A stretch of 64,000 nt of DNA. It comes from Squalus acanthias. Lineage: Eukaryota. Where the stretch lies: positions 51,028,001-51,092,000 of the forward strand of contig CM059432.1 of NCBI GenBank assembly GCA_030390025.1, given 5' to 3'. Shown piece after piece: positions 38,912 to 49,287 of this stretch; the stretch's first letter is position 1; each line of letters begins with the position of its first letter. Below the pieces are notes generated by a model, which worked only from the letters and a program-made list of their open reading frames with translations, searched no databases and was not told the DNA's origin. The position numbers and the translations under genes are program-made.

Positions 38912-40051
38912 TTTTTGTTTCTGTGTCGCTGCCGCTTTAAATGCAGAACAACCGCTGACCCTGTGTGGGGGAAATGACACTGCAGCGACTGGAAGAGTTC
39001 TCCGGCTTTTAAGCCCCTTGAGCTCAGAGCCACGTGCAAAATACTCGAAACAATCCGAAGTGGCAACGTCAGAGATCGCCACGACAGATATAGGGAACAA
39101 GGCAAGTCAAAAAACATCAATACATTTTCAACAATAATAATAACAATAAGAGGCAAAATGCACTCCTCACACACACACAACTGCAGGGCTGCTGTGCACA
39201 GACTGGTTTGCGATATCTGTACTCAACGTTTATAAAGTACCGTTTGCAGAAAGTGGCCCCAGGAGGAGGGTTTTTTAGGGGAACAGTTAGGGGGGCGGGG
39301 GATGATGTGATTGAAATCGCAAAGAGGTGCGGTTGTTTGGAAGAGGCTTTTGAAGGTGGAGAGGCAACAAAGCAAAGCTTGTCACCAGAGTCATAGAAAT
39401 GACAACACAGAAGGACGATTGTGCTGTCATCTTTATCATTTATCAATGTGCTAACTGCAGTTATCCAGTGAAAAATTCCAATTTCTTAAGTAGTTTGTCA
39501 TAACTATAATGCTTATTTCTGGCATCTCTGCTCCTCCATTCTGTTTAGAATCTTATGAATTATGTATATCTTTCACTGACAGCTTTCACAGTTCTTTTTA
39601 TCAAAATGTACTACTTTACATTAATTTGCATTGAACTGCATTTGCCACCTCTCTGCCCACTCCTCCAACCTATCAACATTAGGATAGTTAAAGTCCTTCA
39701 TTATTATAATTCTGCAAACCACATATGCACCCAAGAATCACTGGCTGTGAGGCTTGCACCAGGGCTCCCCTCAGACCAGAGGATCAAATAGGGGCCTGGA
39801 AGCAACCAGAAAAGGACAGGAGCAACAAGTAAATTGTTTTTATACTTTATCCTGCAAGATCTTCAGGGCTTGGGATCTTCTGGCTGCTGTTCTCCAGTAT
39901 TCTGATTATATACCTCTTACAGCTTTTCTGTGTGCATTAAACTGAGGAAGATAGAGAGGTGGTGGGGTGAGACAGAGTCTGGGGTCAGAGAGAAAGGTTC
40001 TGCTCTCAGGTGGATGTAAAAGATCCCACGGCACTATTTTGAAGAAGAGCA

Positions 40052-41484
40052 GAGGACTGGAGAATTGCAAATGTTACACCCTTGTTCAAAAAAGGGTCTA
40101 AAGATAAACCCAGCAACTATAGGCCGGTCAGTTTAACCTCAGTAGTGGGGAAGCTTTTAGAAACAAGAATCAGGGACAAAATTAACAGTCACTTGGACAA
40201 GTGTGGATTAATTAAGGAAAGCCAGCATGGATTTGTTAAAGGCAAATTGTGTTTAACCAACTTGATCAAGTTTTTTGATGAGGTAACAGAGAGGGTTGAT
40301 GAAGGAAATGCGGTTGACATAGTGTACATGGATTTCCAAAAGGCATTCGACAAAGTGCCACATAATAGGCTTGCCAGCAAAGTTGAAGCCCATGGAATAA
40401 AAGGGACAGTGGCAGCATGGATACAAAATTGGCTAAGTGACAGGAAACAGAGAGTAGTGGTGAACGGTTATTTTTGGGACTGGAGGAAGGTATCCAGTGG
40501 TGTTCCCCAGGGGTTAGTTCTAGGACCATTGCTTTTCTTGATATATATTAATGACTTGGATGTGGGTGTACAGGGCACAATTTCAAAATTTGCAGATGTC
40601 ACGAAACTTGAAAGTATAATGAACAGTGAGGAGGATAGTGATAGGCTTCAGGAAGACATAGACAGGCTGGTGGAGTGGGCGGACACGTGGCAGATGAAAT
40701 TTAACGCAGAAAAGTGCGAAGTGATACATTTTCGTAGAAAGAATGAGGAGAGAAAATATAAACTAAAGGGTACAATCCTAAAGGGGTTGCATGAACAGAG
40801 AGACCTAGGGGTATATATGCACAAATCGTTGAAGGTGGCAGGGCAGGTTGAGGAAGCATTTAAAAAAGCTTATGGGACCCTGGGCTTCATGAATAGAGGT
40901 ATAGAGTACAAAAGCAAGGAAGTTATGATGAACCTTTATAAAACACTGGTTCGGCCTCAACTGGAGTATTGTGTCCAATTCTGGGCACCGCACTTTAGGA
41001 AGGATGTGAAGGCCTTGGAGAGGTTGTAGAAAAGATTTACGAGAATGGTTCCAGGGATGAGGGACTTCAGTTACGTGGATAGACTGGAGAAGCTGGGATT
41101 GTTCTCCTTAGAGCAGAGACGATTAAGAGGAGATTTGATAGAAGTGTTCAAAATCATGAGGGGTCTGAACAGAGTAGATAGAGAGAAACTGTTCCCTTTC
41201 GCAGAAAGGTCAAGAACCAGAGGATACAGATTTAAGGTGATTGTCAAAAGAACCAAAGGCGACATAAGAAAAAACTTTTTTACCCAGCGAGTGGTTAAGA
41301 TCTGGAATGCACAGCTTTCAAAAGGGAGTTAGATAAGTACCTGAAAGAATTTTTTTTGCAGAGCTACAGGGAAAGGGCGGGGGAGTGGGACTAGCTGAAG
41401 TGCTCTTGCAGAGAGCTGGCACGGGCTCGACGGGCTGAATGGCCTCCTTCTGTGCTGTAACCATTCTATGATTCTATAATTCTA
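40052..41484 (+). mobile_element. CR1 LINE 3' half
   Basis: 315-aa RT ORF 40082-41029; (ATTCTATG) tail. Confidence 0.95.
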
Positions 41485-42227
41485 AGAAAGAAAGTCCCCC
41501 ATTTCTGCAGCCATTCTGCCAAACAGCATGAGCCTCACCGATGGAGCCCACGCAGCAGAATTCACCTATTCCTTCCAGCCTCTCCCCCACAGCATGGCCA
41601 TATACAACAAGCAAATAATTGTTAGACTGGCTTGGCTGGAGAAATAAGCTCCTTAAAGCGTGGTTGGAGTTTTCAATAATAACAGAAAATGATGGGAATG
41701 CACAGCAGATCAGTCAACATCTGTGGAGTGGACTTAAGTTATGATGTTTTTGGCCTAGAAATTCGGGTACTTACCGTTCTCCGTTAAGGCCCGTTTCTTA
41801 TAAAAAAGTGGCGGCCGCCTCACTTCCGCCTGCCTCTGGTGCGGGTCTCAGCGACTGCCATTTTGGTGAGGGCCATAGCACTGACCCAAGCAATACAAAA
41901 CAGCAGAGCTGACGGAAGTCGGCGTGCAATGCCGACTTGACGTTTCGTCTGCAAACTTCGACCTTTGTGCTGACTTTAACACTGGGTCCTAAGCTTGTTC
42001 AGAAAGCGAGTGTGCAGCAGACCAACAGAGATGCTGTCAATGCTACTTAAAGGGACACACACATCTTTCAGGTAAGTTTGGATTTAAGCCTTTGGACTGG
42101 AATTTTTATATTTTATTGAAGTATTAGCTTGGTGCAATGGATGCTAAAAGTTTTTAAAGTGTGCAGGGAGTGCTGCTGGATGCTTGCAAGGCCTTGGATG
42201 GTAAAGGAAAGCCTCTGAGAAGACTTA

Positions 42228-42340
42228 AGTTGCTGGAAATACTCAGCAGGTCAGGCAGCATCCGTGGAGAGAGAAACAGAGTTCACATCTCAGGTCGAGA
42301 TACTGCCTGACCTGCTGAGTATTTCCAGTATTTTATGCAT
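42228..42340. mobile_element. Penelope-type hairpin (family 2)
   Basis: CTGGAAATACTCAGCAGGTCAGGCAG inverted with CTGCCTGACCTGCTGAGTATTTCCAG. Confidence 0.7.
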
Positions 42341-42344
42341 TTTA

Positions 42345-42915
42345 TGAGGAAGACGCAGATGAGGAAGATGCAGAAGAGAAGACGCAGAAGAGGAAGACGC
42401 AGAAGAGAAGACGCAGAAGAGAAGATGCAGAAGAGGAGGAAGCAGAAGAGGAAGATGCAGAAGAGGAAGACGCAGAAGAGAAGACGCAGAAGAGGAAGAC
42501 GCAGAAGAGGAAGACGCAGAAGAGGAGGAAGCAGAAGAGGAAGACGCAGAAGAGAAGACGCAGAAGAGGAAGATGCAGAAGAGAAGACGCAGAAGAGGAA
42601 GACGCAGAAGAGGAGGAAGCAGAAGAGGAGGAAGCAGAAGAGGAGGAAGCAGAAGAGGAGGAAGCAGAAGAGGAAGATGCAGAAGAGGAGGAAGCAGAAG
42701 AGGAGGAAGCAGAAGAGGAGGAAGCAGAAGAGGAGGAAGCAGAAGAGGAGGAAGCAGAAGAGGAGGAAGCAGAAGAGGAAGACGCAGAAGAGGAAGACGC
42801 AGAAGAGGAAGACGCAGAAGAGGAAGACGCAGAAGAGGAGGAAGCAGAAGAGGAAGATGCAGAAGAGGAAGATGCAGAAGAGGAAGATGCAGAAGAGAAG
42901 GAAGCAGAAGGAAGG
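42345..42915 (+). repeat. Purine-rich ~15-nt minisatellite (GCAGAAGAGGAGGAA / GCAGAAGAGGAAGAY)
   Basis: Direct tandem units expanded from the transposase acidic-tail codons. Confidence 0.95.
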
Positions 42916-43148
42916 ATGCAACCCAGACAGCCCCTTTCTGGCCGGGATATCCGGGATGGAATCATCCGCCTGCGGGACCAGTGACCACAACCTCAATTTC
43001 CATTTCAACATTTGTCCAAACCTTACCTTTCCTCTGTTACTGACCATCACAGCATCCTCTTGGTCACAATGCTGAAATAAAAGCCAAAAAGCCACCAAAA
43101 AGCAAACTGTTCAATCCCCAACTTTATACATCTATCCATCCAATATAT

Positions 43149-43577
43149 AAAAGAAAAGAAAGACTTGCATTTATATAGCGCCTTTTCACGACCACCAGAC
43201 ATCTCAAAGTGCTTTACAGCCAATGAAGTACTTTTGAAGTGTAGTCACTGTTGTAATGTGGGAAACGTGGCAGCCAATTTGCGCACAGCAAGCTCCCACA
43301 AACAGCAATGTGATAATGACCAGATAATCTGTTTTGTTATGTAGATTGAGGGATAAAATTGGCTAGGGCACTGGGATAACTCCTCTGCTCTTCTTCGAAA
43401 TAGTGCCATGGGATCTTTTACATCCACCTGAGAGAGCAGACGGGGCCTCGGTTTAACGTCTCATCCGAAAGACGGCTCCTCCAACAGTGCAGCACTCCCT
43501 CAGCACTGCATTGGAGCATCAGCCTAGATTTATGTGCTCAAGTCCCTGGAGTGGGACTTGAAACCACAACCTTCTGG
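43149..43577 (-). mobile_element. Near full-length Deu-domain SINE
   Basis: B-box-like GGTTTCAAGTCC, Deu core, L2-like tail ending (CTTTT)n. Confidence 0.8.
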
Positions 43578-45438
43578 TATATTTGATATCAAGAAATCAA
43601 CTCATCACCCTTATGCATTCCCTTAGTGACTGTCTTGTGTGTGCCTTTGCTTATCCTACTGATGTCACACAGTGCTACCCCAGTGGCTGCAGCATGGCTG
43701 GTGGAAGGCTGCTGACCTTCAGTAGGGGACACTGCAAATGGCCTTGCAGGACGACCTTGAGGAGCTGGTGGCTAGGTGTGTCAAATCGAGTGATGGGTGT
43801 TTCTTCTTCTTCTTCTTCATTCTCCTCTCCCTCATCTTGGTCAACCACTGGCTGGGCAGGCTGCATTTCTTGGGTGTGTGAAATGAAGAAGGCACAAGAT
43901 TGGAGTTGTGGTGAGGGGAGTGCGGGAAAGCAAGAGGTGCACACGAGAAGGAGGATAACATATGAGGATACCAGCATCTTGTATCCTTTTAGCCCTGCCG
44001 CTGGCCCCAGGCTCAGCCATGCCCCTGCCAAGAATGGCCAGCACTGTCTCCTCCAAAGGGGTGAAGTGAAGCTATGAATGGAAGGTGTGCCTTTATATTT
44101 GATAAAAATTGTTGGTAGGTGAGTGATGGGTGGGGTCGTGCATTGAGCAGTGTGTGAGGCTAGTGGTGCAGTTGGTAGGAGACGGCTTTTGAAGATGCAT
44201 TCATTGACCTTGACCACTGGTCTGAGGTCATGAAGCTTCTTTGGGCACTGAAGCCAGGTCCTGGGGGTGATACTGCTGGCAGTGACAGCCTCGGTGATCT
44301 GGTACCACATTTTTCTTTCTGGAGGGCCTCTTTTGCAGTTTTGACCCCCTGCACAAAGTTGGAGTGCTGCTTGCGAGACCCTGGGTGCCCTTCCCTGGCT
44401 TGTTGTGCCATTTGTGTTAGTGCTGAAGCACTTTTACCATTTTTTAAGGTGCAGAAGGCAATTCAGCTTTAAGTGCTGAAGACTGCCATTTGGGAATTAT
44501 TTTTAATTATTTTTTCAGAAAGCAGTTGAGCTGCAAGGGCTAAAAACTGCCTATTTTTAAATGATTTTTTTTTTCATTTTGGAAGGCAGGTCCCCTTTAA
44601 GGGACATTGTCTGAACTCGGGAATGTTAGTGCTGTGCCACAACGTTAAATAATCAGCATCAGTTAGGATCAGAATGTCAGACATTCCAGATAAAGAAAAA
44701 TATTTACTTAACATTGTGGTAGAATCTGTTAGCTTTTTTTCAACATCAATTTGATTCATTCTTGTGTCTAGCTCCAGTTCCCTTTCAGAGGACTGAAGTC
44801 TAATTGGGAGAAGGATAAACCTGGCAATTGCAGGCCAGTCGGTTTAATCTCGGTGGTGGAGAAGATTTTAGAAACAATGGCCTAGAGATTCCCCGGTGTA
44901 GCGCTGGCTGTTAAGGCCGGTTTTGTTGAAAAAAATGATGGCCACCTCATTTCTGGCGCGGGACACGGCAGCCGCCATTTTGGTGAGGGCCATAGTGCTG
45001 CCGTTGCCAATGCTGGCCTTTCAAATTTAAATAAGCAGATTGTGACGTCTATCAGCATGTAATGTCTGATTAGACACCACGGGGTAGAAATTAGGTCGCG
45101 CCCCATTTGGGGTGCAAATATCGTCCGAGCGCAAATATTAGCGCCTGGCGCTAATTATCGGCACTGACAGGAAACTTCACTTTTACCGCCCCGGGAGGTG
45201 AGTGGAGCACTAAATTAGGCGCTGCACACCTCTCTTAAGGCGCAAAGGCCTAGGAGTGAGGCGCTACCTCAGCGCACGAGCGCAGCGCAGCTGCTGCCAG
45301 TTAGCGAGGGAACACAGACACACTGGCGCCGGACACTTCTTAAAGCGGGGGGGGGCCACTTGCTCCCCAGCCACACCCTGCTCATTGCAGCCTTGAATCT
45401 CAGCCTGGAGAGACCTGTAATCCATTTTGCTGCCAAGC

Positions 45439-47261
45439 ATGGAGAGGGTGAGAGAACGCACTCATCGCTTCACCGAGCGGGCCTTGGATGCTCTGGTTGG
45501 CGCAGTGGAGCGCAGACGATGCATGCTGTTCCCGGAGAGTGGCAGGAGGCCTTTGCCACGCGAGTTCAGAAGAGTGTGGAGGGAGGTGGCTCAGAGCGTC
45601 TCCTCCAGGAGCATGGTGCCCAGGACCCATGTTCAGTGCCGCAAAAAATTCAACGACCGCACTCGGGTCGTCAGGGTGAGTGGCTTTTTCTCAATACCTC
45701 TCCATCCCTCCATCTCAACCTCACTCTATGGCCAGAGGGTCTTAAAACCCCAATGCACAACACTCATGCAACACCTATGGCCCTTTCATCAAACACACAC
45801 ACACATTCCACACTTTGCATACAGTAAGGGCTATTCACCTATGGGAGGCACATCAGGCAAGACCATGGCTGCATATTGTAAGGGCTATTCACCTATGGGA
45901 GGCACATCAGGCAAGACCATGGCTGTATATTTACTCAGATGCTGTCCATTTTCTTGCAGGCTAAGCTGGCTCATAATCGGAGACAGCAGCAACGGACGGG
46001 TGGAGGGCGGCTTCAGCTGCAACCCCTCAGCGATCTGGAGGAGCGCGTCCACAGGATTGTGGCAAGCCGGGTGATCGGTCCCGTCGCCACTGGGGACGCC
46101 GACCCCGTTGTGGACAGCAATGGTAAGGTCATCACCTTTTTGTCCTCTGTCCTTCCACTTGTCCCTCACAATACCAGCCTTTGACACTTTCAATCCAACT
46201 TGCTAACTCGCTGCACTTATTCCTCCCTTACTGCCACCCTGTCCTCACGCTAAAGCCACTCTTGTACCTCCCTGCTTTCAGATGGTGATTCACCAGCTGA
46301 GGAGATGGTCCCTGAAGCTGCCACTGGGAGTGATGCTGCAGCTGAGGAGGAAGAGGAAGCCGGAGCATCAGTGCCACCCTCTCCCGAGGAAGCCCATGGC
46401 CACACTGGGAACACGCCTTCCCCGGAGGGGAGCAGGGGGGAAGGGGCTGATGAGGGTGAAGCTCCAGGACCCAGCGGGCTGCAGCAACGCCAAGGGGGGG
46501 GGAGGGAAGAACGGGAGCCTTCTCCCCAGAGGGAGAGTATGCCGGACACTCCTACTGCAATGGACGCAGAGGAGGAGCGGCTGATTGCAGAAATGAACAG
46601 CCAGGCGGTGGGCATGCACACTGAGCTCATGGGTGCAGTGGGAAGGGTGCCCGAATGCATTGAGGCACTGGCAAGGAGTGTGGAGCACTTCGCTGTAGCA
46701 CAGGCGGATGCCACACTAAAGCTTAGTGCTGCAATTCAGTCACTGGCTGCCAGGAACCCATCTGAGACTGCTCTCATGCAGACTCAGATTGAGGCCACGC
46801 GAGCACTGACTGCTGCCATCCTCGATGGTTCGTGCACATGTCCCCGGGGCTGTCACCGCGCCGCAGCAGGCCAGCAATCTGTTCTCCGGCAAATTGCTCC
46901 GGATGCTGAAGTGCTGCCCCGTGGGAGTGCCAGTGTGTCGGGCGAGCAGCGAGTTGCTGTCCTCTCTCACGATGACAGCATTCCTGCTGCCAACACTGTC
47001 ACTTCTCCACTGCACTTGCCACCGCCTGTAGGACAGACTGCTGCCGCCCATGCAGAGTTGGTGCAGTCTGCAGCCGGGCCCTCCAGGCCCAGAAGTGGTC
47101 GAGGCCGTCCTTCAGGGGCATCTGCAGTGTCAGGGTCTGACGAGCAGCAGCCTTCCACCAGCCTTGCTGCAGCCACTGAGGTCCCATTACGGAGGAGCAG
47201 TAGGGTTAGAAGGGGGGAAGTGCGCAAGGGAAGGAGATCACCCTCGAAGGGCAAAAAGTAG
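45439..47261 (+). CDS. Harbinger Myb/SANT-like DNA-binding protein, 459 aa; exons 45439-45675, 45960-46122, 46282-47261
   Basis: RFTERALDALV..WREVAQSV..QCRKKFND; RTGGG motif; GT-AG introns in phases 0 and 1 join in frame without stops. Confidence 0.85.
45824..45930 (+). repeat. 54-bp tandem duplication in Myb-gene intron 1
   Basis: GTAAGGGCTATTCACCTATGGGAGGCACATCAGGCAAGACCATGGCTG x2. Confidence 0.9.
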
Positions 47262-47555
47262 GAGGTGTGCCAAAATGCTGGTCATTTTTTTATTAAAGGC
47301 CGAGGTTCATGGCCCAACTTTTGTTTAGTGTTTTGGACATTATCTCCAGGTTGTGAGAACCAGTTATGTTATTGACTGTTTTTTTGTGTTTATTTCTATG
47401 AGTTTGTCATGAGGAATTGACACACACAGAGTTTGTACAATAAATAAGTTTCTGTATTCAAAATATACATGGCTGGTGGTTGGAATTATTGGTGCCTTGG
47501 CCGGCTTAGGGGTTGCGTGCTGGGTTGATTCGTGTTTGTAGCAATGGCAGGGGCC

Positions 47556-48716
47556 CTAGAAGCGGCTTGCTATTAGTCGTTGACGGACGGCCCTTGCAGT
47601 TTGACCATTGTGGGCCGCCCTCCTGCTTTGGTGCTGCTGCTGATCATTGTCCTCGTCCTGTTCCTCCTCTTCCTCCTCCTCCTCTTGTGGTGCTGCAAGG
47701 CCTGGTGGCATTGGCTGCGTCCTGAGGATTGCCATGTTGTGCAACATGCAGCACACGACTACGAAGTTCGAAACTTGCTCAGGCGAGCACTGCAGGGCTC
47801 CTCCGGAATGGTCCAGACAGCGGAATCGTTGTTTCAGCACGCCGATTGTGCGCTCAATAATGTTCCTGGTTGCTTGATGGCTTTCCTGGTACCGCAGCTC
47901 AGCAGGGGTGTTTGGCGCACGGAGCGGTGTCATCAGCCAGGTGCTCAATGCGTACCCCTTGTCCCCCAGAAGCCAACCAACTGGCTGATGCGGTGCCTCG
48001 AAAATTTCTGCCACAGTACTCTGGCGCAGGATGAAAGCATCGTGGCAGCTGCCCGGATAGTGGGCATTGACAGCGAGAATCACCTGTCTGTGGTCACAGA
48101 CCAACTGCACATTCAAGGAATGGAACCCCTTTCTGTTCCGGAACTCCTCTGCATTCTCTCGCGGAGCACGCAAAGCCACATGCGTGCAGTCAATGGCGCC
48201 CTGCACCATGGGGAAGCCCGCTACCCTCGCAAAGCCCATAGCACGGTCATGCTGCTTGTCTGGGGTCATAGGGAAGGAGATGAAGTCTCGTCTCCTTCTG
48301 AAGAGGGCATTGGTGACCTGCCGGATGCAGCGATGCACCGCAAACTGGGAGATATTGGCGAGGTCCCCAACAGCAGCTTGGAATGAGCCAGTGGCGTAGA
48401 AGTTCAAAGCCACTGTGACCTTCACTGCCACCGACAGAGACGTCCTGGACCTCAGCTGAGGCTGCAGATCTGGCTGCAGCAGGTGGCAGAGCTCAGTGAC
48501 CACCTCCTTGCTGAATCGCAGCCTTCGCAAACACAGCTCCTCGGACATATGGATGTAGGAGAGCTGTTCACGATATACCCTGGGAGGGTAAGCTCTCCTG
48601 TACATGCGCCTGATGGCCCTCCTCCGTCTGGCCATCATTGCCACTCTCTGTCTGCGTCTCACTATCCTCCGATTGAGCTGGAGCAGGACGACGCCCCCAA
48701 TCATTGCAGCCCCCAT
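47556..48716 (-). CDS. Harbinger (HARBI1-like, DDE_Tnp_4) transposase, 386 aa
   Basis: Uninterrupted ORF; HTH region; GAIDCTH / LLGDKGY / NIIERTIG catalytic D-D-E. Confidence 0.92.
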   Translation of the reverse strand: MGAAMIGGVVLLQLNRRIVRRRQRVAMMARRRRAIRRMYRRAYPPRVYREQLSYIHMSEELCLRRLRFSKEVVTELCHLLQPDLQPQLRSRTSLSVAVKVTVALNFYATGSFQAAVGDLANISQFAVHRCIRQVTNALFRRRRDFISFPMTPDKQHDRAMGFARVAGFPMVQGAIDCTHVALRAPRENAEEFRNRKGFHSLNVQLVCDHRQVILAVNAHYPGSCHDAFILRQSTVAEIFEAPHQPVGWLLGDKGYALSTWLMTPLRAPNTPAELRYQESHQATRNIIERTIGVLKQRFRCLDHSGGALQCSPEQVSNFVVVCCMLHNMAILRTQPMPPGLAAPQEEEEEEEEQDEDNDQQQHQSRRAAHNGQTARAVRQRLIASRF

Positions 48717-49287
48717 ATTCTCTTTGCCAGAAAAGTAATGAGGTACAGCAACTAAAGTAGCAGCAAAGTTAGGATGAACTAGGCCAAACTACCTCACAAA
48801 GCGTTGAGTCAATGTAGAAGTCTCTCTCTTTCTCTCTCCGAATCTCTCTCTCTCTCTCAGAACGAGTGGTGCATAAATGTCGACCACAGAAAAAGACAGG
48901 AAGAGGCCCCCTTTAAATAGCGCCCCCCCCAGCCCCACACCGATTGATAACGTTCCAGTCTTCCGGTCGTTGGAAGCGCCAGGCGGTAAGGCAGGGGGCG
49001 CCACTCAATTTCCGCTCCGGGGCGCCCCAAGGGCGTTGCACCATGGAATGACGTCACAATCTGCGCGCGCAGGTGGTCGCAGCGGTAAGTTTTAGCGCCG
49101 CCGCACAATCTCAAGTTAAGTTCTCGAGCGGCGCAAACAGCGCTGCGCCCGGGCGTTAGCGGCTTAACGCCCCATTAGCGCCCTCTTAAGGCGCTAACGG
49201 GAGGCGCAACCAACTGAATTTTTCCCCCCACGTCTGCTATTTTGGACGTTCTCGCAAGCCATAACGCCCTGTCCTAAATATGCACAT

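Larger units (their letters stand above)
41752..44600. mobile_element. Non-autonomous Harbinger 'family X' copy 2
   Basis: TIR GGCCTAGAAATT; collinear with 24696-26610; right end not found. Confidence 0.75.
45081..49228. mobile_element. Full-length, apparently autonomous PIF/Harbinger transposon (4148 bp)
   Basis: TIRs GGGGTAGAAATT / AATTTTTCCCCC; TSD CAC (45078-45080, 49229-49231); two convergent intact genes. Confidence 0.92.

Noticed and set aside
42283..43098. Long K/R-rich, Ser-rich and Phe/Cys-rich ORFs
   Set aside because: Stop-free frames of a minisatellite, not genes
43530..43577. tRNA gene
   Set aside because: Only a B-box-like remnant in a SINE head; no cloverleaf
47556..48716. 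Domesticated HARBI1 host gene
   Set aside because: Lies between TIRs with a TSD and a convergent Myb partner, so it is a transposon
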